NCBI RefSeq assembly: GCF_006345805.1
Contig: NC_042998.1
Span: 37,758,001-37,822,000 of the forward strand
Direction of reading: 5' to 3'
Source: Octopus sinensis
Lineage: Eukaryota
Length of the DNA: 64,000 nucleotides
A program made the position numbers and the translations under genes. The notes under the pieces were generated by a model. That model saw nothing but the letters and a program-made list of their open reading frames with translations, was not told the origin of the DNA and ran no database searches. Shown one piece after another: positions 27,490 through 42,534 of this stretch (position 1 is the first letter of the stretch; each line of letters opens with the position of its first letter).

Positions 27490-28090
27490 AATAATAATGG
27501 TTTCAAATTTAGGCACAACGCCAGCACATGTTCGGTGATGGGTAACTCGATTACTTCGACCCTAGTATTTAACTGGTACTTATTTTGTCGATCGTGAAAG
27601 AATAAAAAGCAGATCTATGTCAATCGAATTGGCAATCAACCATTAAGAATAATTGTTTGTGACTTAGTTACAAGGCCTGATATTTGTGTGTGGTGAGAGG
27701 GGGAGGAGGTTTAGCCGATTATATCAGCCCCAGTACTTAACTGGTACTTTATTTAATCGACGCAGAAAATATGAAAAGTTACCTGGACCTAGTTCGTATT
27801 TGAACCCGTCTAATAATAATGGTTGGTTTCAAACTTTGGCACAAGGCCAACATGTTTGCAGGGGTGGGGAGTAAGTCAATCGCATTGAACCCACTTCTTG
27901 ATTGGTACTTATTTTATCGACCACAAAAGGATGAAAGGCAAAGTCCACCTTGGCGGAATTTGTACCGAGACGAAATGCCGCGAAGCATTTTGCCCAATAT
28001 GATGACAATTCTGTCAGCTCGCCACCTTAAAGGTGAGTGAAATGCCGCTAAGCATTTTATCCTAACGATTCGGCAAGCTCACCGCTAACA
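27490..28090 (-). mobile_element. Cluster of degenerate SINE family A fragments
   Basis: Three diverged AACTGGTACTT..ATCGAC..GAAAGGCAAAGTC blocks. Confidence 0.6.
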
Positions 28091-28109
28091 CATCTGATAA
28101 TAAAAATAA

Positions 28110-28159
<50 letters not shown>

Positions 28160-28922
28160 GTTCTAACATTGCGAAATTCTACAAATATAAGGAAAGAAAT
28201 TGTCAAGTTTATTAGCACAGGGTCTTCACAATTTTTTAGTTAACAACTCACGCATATTGAAGAGCAAACACGAACCATGTAGGAATTGAAGTTTAAACGT
28301 TAACGCAAAAGAGAAAGTCTACCTCATTAATCGACTTGTTAAAAATAACAGCCAAATCTCCCTTAAAATCATAAGAACTTTTAAAAAGCCTATTGTAGAA
28401 TGTGCTTTTATACGCATTTTATCTGAAAAGATGACGGGACTGTCAGAGTTGGCATGCGATTTAATCATAGGTTCACTTTAAGTGAGGCTATACAAAATCA
28501 ACAGGACCAATGGGAATAGTGGTGATAGGAATGATAAGAATCGGTAAAGGTGAGCTACCGATCATTGACAAAACACATACGCTGAGTCCTACATACAACG
28601 TTACGCTGTGTCCTAAAGCCTCTAGAAATTTTCTGGGATTAAATAATTGATATTTCACATTAACTGAAAGTTAATTAATTAGAAGGGCAAAGTGCTTAGC
28701 CAGTTTTAATCGACGCCAGTATAGTATTTATAATTATCTAATCGATCTTCAAAGTTCGTATTGTAATCATGGGATTACAAGTTCGAACTCAAGGCACATC
28801 GTCTCAGATAACAGCCTCGGGTTTTGAACTTGATAGACAGAACATTTCAGAAGTGCACGTATATATGTGTGTGTATGTTTGTATGTATATGCGTCTGTAT
28901 ATCTATAACACACATTCTTTCA

Positions 28923-28960
<38 letters not shown>

Positions 28961-29667
28961 TATATATATATATATGGGTGTGTGTTTGTGCGTGTGTATA
29001 TAACACTATATATATATTTGTGTATGTATATGTATGTGCGTCCGCGTGTGTGCGCGTGTGTGTGAGTGCGAGTGTGTGTGAACTGTGCGTGCTTATGTTT
29101 AAGTGTTTGACCCAGGGCTGCCGGCATAAAACCAGCCGGTGTTGTATCAAAAAGTGAACAAAGTATACTCCCATGAAAGCATCAAGCTGGATTATCGGGG
29201 GTCGACTAAAACGTATCGGCCAAAACCTTTTCAAGGCGCCGACCTAATCCATCACTGAAACAAATAAAATCACAACCTGCCATGTATTATTATTTTTTTG
29301 TTTGTTATTAACCAGTGATAAAGCGACGACAGCAGGATATCAAATCAAGCGCAGTAGTTATCAAGGGGGATGCTGCTGCCTCGACGTTTGCGGCCTTACG
29401 CCACCTTTTCGAAATTATCAGAGAAACAAAGGCACGGGAAAGATGGGGGAAGGAAAAAACGAACAAATTAATTTAGTGAATTTAGTTACTTTGTGTTCAA
29501 AGATCGATTCCGACAGGAATCCGTCTCAGAATTTTAATAATATCACTTAAAATTACTGTAGCCCCTCATACTAATTTGCAGTTTCGCTCCAAGTCAGATT
29601 TCATTGAAATAATTTTATCGTCATTCAGTAACAATTAAGATGTTTATCCTTCACTATGTTTATTCTC

Positions 29668-29703
<36 letters not shown>

Positions 29704-30651
29704 ATTCCTGTGTGTGAGTGTGTATGTACATATATTTGGGTATGTTTGTGTGCGTGCGTATGCAATACTGTGACTTGTTTGTAGGTCCCAACAGCACAGG
29801 ACATCAAACATTTGTACCTACCTAATGAGATGTGTCCGTGTGAGAAGAGCCGAGTCATTTAAACTATCCGGTCCGGATTGGTGTGAACTGCGTGTAACTT
29901 TGCCTACGTGAATATATTTCATGAAGACGACTCTATTCAAGTGTACCTTTCTGACCCCGGCTCATTATGCCTCTACCGAAAAGTAAAAACGACGAATGAC
30001 TTGTTATATTTCTGGAAATTTTAATCCAATTTTACCCACATTAATATACAATAGTTAAAATTAGATTCGTAATATTTACAGACATGCCCACCTGTTGAAA
30101 GAAACGTATGCGTGAGTGTTAAGCATGACTTTTGGTGTGTGTGTGTGAGTGTGTGTGAATGTGAGTGTGTGTAAAGAAAACGAAACATGACTATTTATAA
30201 AGTGTGTGTGTGGTGTGAGTGTGTGAAAGAACCTGTGTACGCGGATGTGCATGTGTGTTTCAGCAGGAGAAAGAGAGCGTGTGTCTGTCTGTCTGTCTGT
30301 AGGTGTATGTGTGAGACGTTATGCATTTACAAACAAGAGACGGAAGCTAAAACTGATCTCGTTTCCCTGGTAAGCAGAGGATGCGTGGGGCCGACAACAT
30401 CCGTTTTACTACAACTCTCAGCATACACTTAGAATAAACATTTCCAGGTCAAGATTTTTCCCCGACACATAAAAACATACACGCTTTTCAATGTGTGTGT
30501 ATGTGTGTGTGTGCGCGCGTATACATTTGTGTATGTGAGTCTGTATACAAACAAACACATACATGTTGATATTGATATATGTGGAGTTATATACATGTAT
30601 ACTGTTAATATGTTTATGATTGTGTGTGCACGTGAGCGTATAATACATAGG

Positions 30652-30686
<35 letters not shown>

Positions 30687-30724
30687 GTGTGTGTGTGTGT
30701 GTGTGTGGTGTGTGTGTGTGTGCG

Positions 30725-30769
<45 letters not shown>

Positions 30770-31097
30770 GAAATATAGAGAGAAAGAGAGATTTAGAAAT
30801 TTTGAGTGAAAGAAATTCAGAGATTGACAAATAACTCCATTGATTGATAGATGTCATATAATAGTTGTAAGGAATTATCCATAACCCCAGCTCGTATCTG
30901 TGCTTACAGAGAGACTGGTCGGTAAAAAATGACTGGTCGGTAAAAATGTTGTTTTAATATAACAATAATGTTGAAATATATCACGATTTTCAATGTAATA
31001 AGACTATTTTTGAAGTTCAGTGTTATATGCCACGATGCTTTTAAAACACACACACGCACACACATATATAATTATTTATACATATATATATATATAT

Positions 31098-31132
<35 letters not shown>

Positions 31133-32669
31133 TGTGTGTGTGTGTATATATCCATGCATATATGCTGTGTGTATATATATCGTTTTTTTTTTTTGCAAAA
31201 CAAATACATAAACCTGTGTGTGTGTGTATATATATATATATATAACCTGCTGCTCGCGCGGATTTGTGTCTGTTCACATACATGTATGTATTAGTTTGAA
31301 CTCAGATATAACTTTTTAAAAATTTCTGTAAATTGAAAGAAGTATAAAGAAGCAGTTAATGTTATAGAAATGTGGATGTTTTAGTTTAAAATGAAAGGAA
31401 GATTAAACAACCGGACATTACAAGGAAAACATGAACAAAATTTCAAGAGAAATTCAGCGAAGAACCGAAGGAGAAAATTTCTTCTTACCATAAATTTCAT
31501 TTGGATATACATGTATTTTAGGTGGGTTCACCGGAGTCGGTGTTAATGACCCCTGTCATACATCAATCACATTTCTAATTGCAGTCTATAAATCGGACCA
31601 AAACTGTGAAAGTAAAATTGTGAAAGCGAATGCAGACGACAATTAATTTTACGTAGGAGGAAGAAGCTTCAGGTCTTTTTCCTCCTTTGACTCCTCCTCC
31701 ATCGCATTTATCTTTCTCTCCATTTCTCTATTTCTCTCTCTCTCATAACTATCCCTTACCTTTGCCTCGTTTCAATTCATATGCTTTCTTTTATTCCATC
31801 TCGGTCCCCTGGTCTCTCTCTCTCACTCTTTCTCTCTCACTCTTTCTCTCTCTCTCCGTCTCTCTCTCTCTCTCCAACCTTAGTATCTCTCGCTCTCTTC
31901 TACTGCGCATGTCCCGATCATAGATTGCATTCGTAGTCAGCATGCGATTGCGAAAGCTCTTTCGGTAAATACACCGCACATGTAATGCCACTTACGTTAG
32001 CCATGCAGTCATCCGAACGTAAGAAAAGATAAAGCGGAAGAACGAAAAAAAAAAAAAGAACACGAAGAAAAACAAGGACTGACTGAATCACTTCTTATGA
32101 GTGATTAATCTTTCAAACGAATTCGCAGAGTGAAGTTGATATCTTCTATTTTAATGGAGAGAATGAAAAAAAAACAATATCAACAACAATCTGAATAACT
32201 CTTAAATAAACAAGCAATGTAATTTACAATTTTCCTACAGACAAGCAAAGAATTTAAATATTTGGATATGCTGGTGTATGTTTGGGTATGATGTACGGTG
32301 TATGCACTTGCTTGTGTTATGTGTGTGTGTGTGTGGTGTGTGTGTGTGTGTGTGTTTGTGTTGTTGGATATGGGAACTATGGATATTAGTAGTTGGATAT
32401 TTCTGACTAGTGAACGTTCGGTCGGTGGCTGAAGCAGATTTGAAATGCTCACCACGTACAAAATATTTATGAATATGTAAATGAAAACTCACGCAATCTC
32501 AAACACACACGCACACACACACATTTATAAGAACAAGCACACAAGCATGTGCATAATATGTACATACGTATAAAATACAAAAGAATACATGTATATATAA
32601 TATATAGATAGATAGGTACATATATATATATATATAATATATACATACGTATACATACACATGCACGCG

Positions 32670-32714
<45 letters not shown>

Positions 32715-33916
32715 ATCTATAGGTATATATATATATATACATGTTACCACCTGTACATAGCGTAGCATTTGTACGCAGCTGCTATGATCGTGTTCTTCGG
32801 CACTCGATACTTTTTAACACACGTAAGTTCACGCACGCGCGCACACAGTCGGACACATCTACATCCGCCACCCACACACTTCAGCATCGCTTTTTCCCCC
32901 CTCAATTAATGTTTATTCAGTATTTGTGTTTACACCCCCGCTTGATAATAACAGTATTATATGTAGCGACGAAGAATATTGAACATAGTTTTCGGTACAA
33001 ATAATTATTATTCATTTCAGCGGGTTTTACAAATATCTTTGTACCAGCTCCAATCGAGGGTCGAAATTTCCCATTTTGGGCCTGCAAAGCTTTATTCACT
33101 CATGTTGAAACCATCATTTTTTTATTCTTCTTTTAATGTAAAAGGATCACAAGCAGCCATTTTATTTTTAAGGTGACACAAATTGACACCCCATTCATCA
33201 GAGACACAGATGCAGGTAGATATAGACAGACATAATTAACAGACAGGGACATTGTTCCCATCAAAGAAACTCCTTTCATAACCAAAGTATATGTCATACG
33301 GGATTTCATATCGAAGATTTCTGTGCCGCAGGGTAGTGTCACACTTGTATGCCTGTCCCAATTCGTGCATGTATACGCGAATGCGTCTACGCATGCGTTT
33401 TGTGTGGGTAGGTTTTGTGTACGCGTGTGTGGGTAAGGGTGTGCGCATAAGAAAAGCTAAATTGCTAATCGACAAAACTGCAGTATCAGTCGCTGGTGCA
33501 AGGGCAAATTCAAAAGCCGTTATGTAAATCGGTTCCCATCGTTCATTTAAACAATAAAAACTTACCGCTTTCTCAAACGTCATGTGGAATTTGAAAGATA
33601 ATAAAATCAATAATTTTAACGTTACTTCTTCTATACTTTACTCCGTCAAAAAATCACACACCTTGCTCTAAATTTTATTTCCCCTCTAATAAGGAAAATA
33701 CTTCATTCAAACCAAAGTACCTTAAGAATAAGCCTATTTCAAAACCCTGTAATGAACAGAATTTCGAAATATACATGGCAGCCTTAACGTTTAAACTTCA
33801 AACCCTGCCAGGTATGTTTTTGCTCTTCATTCTGCGTGAGTTGATTAAATAAATAAAAAAAACTGTGAAGCCTCTGTACTAGTAAACTCGATTATTTCCT
33901 GAACCGACTGAGTATC

Positions 33917-34144
33917 TATTTCTTTACTACCCACAAGGGGCTAAACATAGAGGGGGCAAACAAGGACGGACAAACGGATTTAGTCGATTACATCGACCAC
34001 AGTGCGTAACTGGTACTTAATTTATCGACCCCGAAAGGATTAAAGGCAAAGTCGACCTCGGCGGAATTTGAACCCAGAACGCAACGGCAGACGAAATACG
34101 GCTACGCATTTCGCCCGGCGTGCTAACGTTTCTGCCAGCTCGCC
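33917..34144 (-). mobile_element. SINE family A, full length, 16-bp TSD
   Basis: TSD GAACCGACTGAGTATC at 33901-16 and 34145-60. Confidence 0.92.
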
Positions 34145-34949
34145 GAACCGACTGAGTATCATTTAGTCCCTCTCTTCGGGTTTTAGCATTGCCCTTGATA
34201 TCTAATTTTTCTACCCCTTCCAATATTCTCCAAAAATATATGAATAGTTCCATAATTTTTATTTACTTCTTTCAAAGAGTAAAACTTTTTCCCAGTAAGT
34301 CCTCATCTGGGGTATGAATCCATTATTTCCGTGGAACTGGACTGTTTCGCTTTCTGAATTGTAACTGGGTGGGGAAAAGCAAAACAGATAGCAATAATCT
34401 AGAAAAGTGTACTCCACATGGCCAACATAGTCTGAATCCCGTTCTAAATGACAGTAGACAACATCCCACTTGTCGCCTACACATTTGTATCACCTTGGCG
34501 ATATGCACGTCGTATGATGCATCAGTGCTGACAGTGCTCCTAAAGTGACATATTGACTCTGTGAACCATCATTACACTCTTCCGTCAAAGCTGATAGGGA
34601 AATGTCAATTAAATTTAATCCTTTTCTTCTTTTATCCCGCATTTAACACTTTCTGATAGGTTTTGATATAATTCGGAGTCTTGTTTAGTCTTGGTATTTG
34701 TATAGCATCCGCTTAACTACCAAGAGTACCCATCCAAAAAATTCGGTCATGCGTCGTTGGCATTACCATTATAATCATGTGGGTGAAGTGAATATCGATA
34801 TTTCTTACTGTGTGTGCTTGTATTTTTTTTTTTGCGTTATGTATACACCATGTGTACATTGCCAAGGTGACAAAAATGTGCAGGCGACATGTGTCTACGA
34901 AAGTACACCCACCTACACATCTACATACGGATATTCAATTACTCGTTTA

Positions 34950-35700
34950 CTTGTTTCAGTCATTTCACTGCCGCCATGCCTTTAGTCGAATACATCGACC
35001 CCAGGAGTTATTCTTTTTAAGCCTAGTACTTCGCCAAGTAAACACACCAGCATCGGTTGTCAAGTGATGGTGGAGGGACACGCGCGCACACACGCACACA
35101 CATATATATAGTTGTATTTAGAGATGGCCATGTTGCCAGTTTATCCGATGAAAACACAGGCACTATTTATTCGGTGTTCGGTTGCTTCACCATTATTTTA
35201 TATGAATTGTATTTCGGCCAGAGTTCTTTCCTCACTCTTCTGCAACCTCATCAGTGGTCCTTTGCTTTCTTCTTTCTTTTTTGTGTCTCTCCTTACTAAC
35301 TATCTGCCAAACGTACACACTTTTACTTGTTTGTCATTTTGATTACGGCCAAGCTGAAGCACCGCCTTTAGTCGAACAAATCGACTCCACGACTTATTCT
35401 TTGTGAGCCTAGTACTTATTCTATCGGTTTCTTTTGCCGAACCACTAAGTTACGGGGACGTGAACACACCAGCATCGGTTGTCAAGCGATGTTGGTGGAC
35501 AAACACAGACACACAAACATATACGCGCATATACACATATACAACGGGCATCTTTCAGTTTCCTTCTACCAAATCTACTAACAAGGCTTTGGTCGACTCG
35601 AGACTATAGAAGACACTTGCTCAAGGTGCCAGGCAGTGGGAATGACCCGGAACTATGAGGTTAGTAAGCGAGCTACTTACTAAACAGCCACTCCTTCGTG
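34950..35700 (-). mobile_element. Two SINE family B copies (partial plus near full)
   Basis: Tail blocks at ~34960 and ~35320; head CCTTCGTG/CAGCCACTCC at ~35690. Confidence 0.75.
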
Positions 35701-35864
35701 TATATATATATATATATATATACATATATACATATACATATAGATACATATATACATATACATACATATATACATATACATATAGATACATATATACATA
35801 TACATATAGATACATATACATACATACATATAGATGCATCCATATATAGATATACATACATATA

Positions 35865-35896
<32 letters not shown>

Positions 35897-36215
35897 CATA
35901 CATATATATATATATATACATATATATATACATATATATACACACACACACACACACGCACAAAGTAAAGGAATATGGACATTCGCTTCACCCACCTACC
36001 TTCATTTGTAAAACATTGAACAAAGTTGTATGGCTGTGTCTATCTTCGATGCATATGTAATGCAAATGAATCAATTAAACGCACATAACTGCTAAATCAA
36101 AGGACACCGGGACACTTCTCTAGCAGAAACAGCCGTCAGATTGCAAAGTAACGACAATAGGATTGTAATAAACCGGTCTTAACGATATATAATTTTCCTT
36201 TCTTTACGAACTCTT

Positions 36216-36261
<46 letters not shown>

Positions 36262-36484
36262 TGTTATGGTGTACTGTTCCGTTACTCTATTCGGTGACAG
36301 ATAAATATTATTTGATAAGCACAATGTCTTTTTTTTTTATGCGCTACTATTAGTTTTATACGATGAAAGCATCTCGGGCAGTATTATTTAATACGCCAGG
36401 TGCCTTATCGCAGTCTTCAGGCATTGCCTGAATAGGAGTGTGTGTGCGTATATATATATTATATATATATATATATAATATATA

Positions 36485-36551
<67 letters not shown>

Positions 36552-36904
36552 TGTGTGTGTGTATATATATATATGAGTGTGTGTGTGTGTATTTTGCAAC
36601 TAAATCTGTTGTAATTATTAGACACCAGAAATAAAAATAATTATGCAGTGGGTCATATTTAAAAAGGATTAATTTCAGAAATCCTCCTTCGTGTCAATCA
36701 AGCAATTACATGCAACCTAAACGTATCGCGGAGTATTGATCACAAAGGCTACATATGTAAGATATTATATGCCTTAAAATGCGGAGACCAAAGCTGCTGC
36801 TTCTTGTCTTGAGTTACAAATACAAAATTCTATCATTCAAAACATTCCAGTTATGATATATCTCTCATAATATGTATTTTACGTTTCAGCCTTATATATA
36901 TATA

Positions 36905-36951
<47 letters not shown>

Positions 36952-37064
36952 TCTCAATACCCTTATTAAGCATTTTATTGTAAATAATTGATTTAAAATG
37001 TTGTGAACCTGGTATGGGAGAACCTCTTATATTAACATGCATTCATTGTGGCGCTATTTTTAAT

Positions 37065-37579
37065 TGTTTGAATCATTAGCCTGCGGCCATGCTGGGGTAC
37101 TGCCTTAAAGAATTTTAGACGAAGGTATCGACCCCAGTAATTTTTTAAAGCCTGGTATTTATTCTATAAGCCTCTTTTGCCGTACCTTTAAGTTACAGGG
37201 ACGTAAACAAAACAGCACCAGTTGTCATGTGGTGGAGGAGACAAAGCCAGATAAAAAGACACGCAGATACATATATACGAAAGAAGGCCGTCATATATAG
37301 CGGGATTTCAGCCCGTTTTTTATGGGACGTAAACAAACTGATAACGGTTGTCAAGCAGTGGAGAGGAGGGGGACAAACATATGCACAAAGACACACACAA
37401 TGATATACATATATATATATATATATATATATTTATAAATGTGTGTGTGTGTGTGTGTGTGTGTCCGTCTGTCTGCCTATGTATATATACTATGGGCTTC
37501 TTTCAGTTTCCATCTACCAAATTAACTCACGTGGCTTTGGTCAGCCTGAGACTATAGTTGAAGAGACACGCCCAAGGTG
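37065..37579 (-). mobile_element. Degenerate, head-truncated SINE family B composite
   Basis: GCGGCCATGCTGGGG tail, GGACGTAAACA duplicated, ends at CORE-like CCCAAGGTG. Confidence 0.7.
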
Positions 37580-37830
37580 TGGAGGACTTAATAGAAGGTT
37601 TTGTGACAGGGTCCTTCGTCTCTGGCCCCGGTTTGCTGTCTTACTTCAGATATCATCTGAAGAGCAAGATGGGGTTGGAGAAGAAGACCCTGCCACCGAG
37701 TGAATACGAGAAACGATGGAAGGATGTGATGAGAAAGGTGGGTGTCAGTAACCCAGCTTACTCATTGATGAAAGGAAAAGCTGGGTGTTGGGCCTTATAG
37801 GCTGCCGGTTTCGATCCTTTTGAAATTTTG
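37580..37830 (+). mobile_element. Probable 3' fragment of an L1/Tx1-like LINE
   Basis: GC-rich open frame SYFRYHLKSKMGLEKKTLPPSEYEKRWKDV resembles (from memory) Tx1-type ORF2 ends; hairpin ACCCAGCTT/AAGCTGGGT just downstream. Confidence 0.4.
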
Positions 37831-38009
37831 TTAATTTCTTTCTTTGTTTTCTTTAAAAATAGTTCTAGTTAAAGGTAAAAAATTAATCGTTATATAAAAT
37901 ATTTTTTAAGTAAATTTTTAACATAATGCTCATTCGAACTCATTTAACATTTTTGTATTTGTTTGTCTGGTCATGTCCTTTTCTATGTACGATCATAATA
38001 AAGATTTTG

Positions 38010-38200
38010 CCTCTGGTCAAACAATTATTCTGTGCTGATGAAGGGAAATAACCTAGAAATCGCGATACACAGATATTGTTTTGAGCTGAGTGGGGCTGTT
38101 AGATTCCCTTGTTGGAAATATAAGGACACAGATTGTGTCGTATAGCTAGCTGGAGACGATGTTTCCTGGGGTTAAATTACAGCAACATTTGTCCTAAACC
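38010..38200 (+). mobile_element. Solo HHR unit homologous to each arm of the 41975-42478 palindrome
   Basis: Downstream GAAATATAAGGACACAGATTGTGTCGTATAGCTAGCTGGAGA..TTTCCTGGGGTTAAA matches 42380-42445. Confidence 0.75.
38029..38073 (+). ncRNA. Minimal type I hammerhead ribozyme with intact core
   Basis: Stem I TCTGTG/CACAGA; CTGATGA 38035-41; stem II GGG-aaataa-CCT; GAAA 38056-59; perfect palindrome ATCGCGAT 38059-66; AUA triplet. Confidence 0.78.
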
Positions 38201-38482
38201 AGAACTACCATGTTTTGTTGGCAAACACTCTTTACTGCATATATATCATGTATGTATGTATGTAAATAAGGATGCGAAGTATACTCCCTTTCAGGGGTAC
38301 TTGTGGTTAGACTCCTTCAAAAGAATTGCCCTTTTTTGTAATTTTTAGCAGATAAACGTTGTTTTTGGTGAGAGATTTCCCTATATTTTCATCCTCATCA
38401 TAAAATACGTTTCCTTTTGTCCCCCATCACCACCGCTTAGCAAACATAGCAACTGGATACCAATTCAAGGGTAACAAAACGA

Positions 38483-38795
38483 AGGCGTGTGGTTTAGTGT
38501 TTAAGGTACACGTCTAGTAACGACATGAGTTCGAATCTCGGAGGGGCGTTGTGTCTTGGAGTAAGACACTTTATTTCTCGTTGCTGCAGTTTACTCAGCT
38601 GACAATGTGTTGTACCTGGAATTTAAAGACCCCCAATTTTGTGCCACTGAAACTCCAGGCGAACTATTTTAAGAGCACATGTGTCTGGAGGGCTCATCCC
38701 CTTGCATGTTAATTTCCCAAGCAGGTTTTCCCATTGATCAGTTCAAGCGGAACACTCATCATCGTCACCGACGAAGTGCCACTAAACAGAAACGT
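38483..38795 (+). mobile_element. SINE family D (degenerate tRNA head, CORE-like block, distinct tail)
   Basis: GTGGTTTAGTG A box, GTTCGAATC B box, GTGTCTTGGAGTAAGACACTT, tail CATCGTCACCGACGAAGTGCCA. Confidence 0.6.
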
Positions 38796-39080
38796 TTGCT
38801 AATCGGATCGAATGAGTATCAGCTTCCAATTCATCATTTCTTATTGAATTTAATGTCACATGCCGGAACTATACAAACAAATGTCATCTCCCTCTATCGG
38901 ATAACTTTTGGTATTTTGATGTAGAAATCATAATTTATCTGAACGCCGTCTTGTTGTTGACCTGGAGTTTACATGAAAGTTCTGCAGTGATTCTACAATT
39001 ATCGGGGAATTATTGTGTAATTCCACAATAATTGAGTCATAGCCAACAAAGTGTTTGTACACAGGCATATATACAATATA

Positions 39081-39122
<42 letters not shown>

Positions 39123-39839
39123 GATATATGTATGTATATTACATACACGCACATATACACATTCACACATATTAAAACACATTTATTAGATATGATTTTT
39201 AGAAAATGCAAAGTAGATTTCAGTATTTATAGCATATACATTATATTTTCTACACATTTCCTAACTATATAATTCTACAACATATATATTTATGAACGCA
39301 CACAAAGACACACACACACAAACACAAACACCCGAATGTAAGTACTTACTTGGTACGAGAAACAAGATACATTTTAGAGTTTATCTGGCTAGTTCTCTGT
39401 CGGGTGCTGGTTGTACAAGGGGGTGGGGTTCATTATTATCATGAAATGAACAAATCGGTGTATAAAAACAGAGGCGGTAAAACCGCGTGGTTTTTTTTTT
39501 CCCTCGTCACTTATCGTGTCGTTTTCCTTCGGGGTAAACAGATTCAACTAAACTTACCTGTTTGCCTTGAAGGAAAGAAATCGTGAACGCCCTTCGTTCA
39601 AACAGTTTATTGCAATGTTGGATTAGAATATCTTAACCACACATATACACCCATTTTGTTGTTTCTCGAGTGCACTAGGAGAAACTGATATTTAAATAGG
39701 GGGAACTTGCATTACCACTCTCTTTAACATTATAACGATTCCCCTAGAAAAATTTTTTTAATACATATGCACGCACACACACACCCACGCACGCGCGCGC
39801 GTGCACTGACACACCTTATGTACTTTATCTGCTGACATA

Positions 39840-40880
<1,041 letters not shown>

Positions 40881-41974
40881 ATACATTCATACTTAGACAG
40901 ACAGACATGCAGGCAGAAAGTCAGTCAAACAGACAGACAGATAAGTTTATTAGCTATACAGGGCCGAAAACAGAGGGGACAAAATACAATGTAGAGCTTT
41001 TCTTTTCGAAAATAGAAAAAAAAAAGAGAAAAATAAAATTCCGATCAAAAGGGATCGGATAGACAGACAGACAGATAGCTAGATAGATCTGTAGAATATA
41101 TTGTATGTATTAAGGTAAGAGTTAGGTGTTGGTTTAATGCTTCAGTGAAAATATGTGCAATCACACGTGATTAGTAAATCAAATTTTCGAAACAATCCTT
41201 CCACCATATTTCCTGCTCTTCAGATTAACAGACAAGTGGCACTTTTGATCTTTGCAGGTTTCATCTGCCCTTCCTCAAATATGTTCTAAACTTTCTTAAC
41301 GGAATGCGTCCCAGTCATTCTGATTTACTTTTTGGCTGTCGCCAGTTCCGTATTTTTTTTTCTCTTTCTTCTTCCCAGTTTCCAGTCGGAAGGCCAGTAT
41401 TAGCTTCCCTTCAATGCTGTCCCATACAATATGCTTTGCCCAGGTTACTTGTGTAAATGGCTCTTTACAGTTCCTCTGTATCTGGTGTTCGAACCTCTCT
41501 CAGTACAATACGGCAAACATTTTTATTGGAGTCTCCGAAACATTTTGTGGTATTCACTATTCGTCGTCCATAACTCAGACGAATAGAGAAAAACGGTGAG
41601 CACACAAGACACCATCTCTGCCTGGAATGCTATTACTCATATATCGCCCTAGTTCTTCAGTTGCCTTTTCCATTCGTCGCTAATATACAGCGTCCAGTCA
41701 TCCATATCTTGGCATTCTACTCCCAAAATAGACATACGTAGAAATACACACACACACATATATATATATATACACACACACACATTGCGTAAACAAACAA
41801 GTTAAATATGTAAACAACGAGAGGAAAAAATGGAAAACAGGACAAGTAAACACAGAGAAAGGACCCTTTATCAGTTGTCGGCTGTCTATCTACTCCTCAT
41901 TTCGAACATTCAACAACAATATGAGTCGCAAAAGACAGTTGCTCCCATAAATTCTAAAATATAATTTAGGATTT

Positions 41975-42478
41975 ATGGTAGCAGTCCATTTTGGGCGCGA
42001 ATGTTACTGTTGTTTAGCCCCAGGAGATATCATTTCCAACTGGCTATACGACACACGATCTGTGTCCTTATATTTTCGAACAGGATAGGTTAGCATCCCC
42101 ACCCAGCACAAAGCTGTATCTGTGGACCGTACGGTTTCGGGGTTATTTCACTTCGTTGCTATAGAATAACTCTTCGACTGAGATAGCGCTGCTAAACACA
42201 CGCTTATTAGACCAGTGACTGTGAGTTACTTAGAAAATCATATCTATTTTCAGACGGGTGTTTAGAAGCGCCGTCTCAGCCGAAGAGTTATTCTGTGCCG
42301 ACAAAGATAAATATCTCTGAAACCGTACGGTCCACAGATACAGCTTTGTGCTAGGTGAAGCTGCTAACCTCCCCTGTTCGAAAATATAAGGACGCAGATC
42401 GTGTGTCGTATAGCCAGCTGGAGATGAGGTTTCCTAGGGCTAAACAACGGTTTCACCGCCCCAAAATGGGACTGCCAT
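41975..42478. mobile_element. About 500-bp foldback: two head-to-head HHR units (~225-bp arms, ~50-bp spacer)
   Basis: Left arm 41975-42202 is the diverged reverse complement of right arm 42255-42478; HHR remnants at 42119-42165 (-) and 42292-42338 (+), both with ACCGTACGGT plus GUC. Confidence 0.85.
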
Positions 42479-42503
42479 ATTGGCAATAAATCGTTATATA
42501 CTC

Positions 42504-42534
<31 letters not shown>

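Noticed and set aside
35216-35260. Minus-strand CTGATGA..GAAA..CTC
   Set aside because: No convincing stem II and helix III is not palindromic; possibly a very decayed copy
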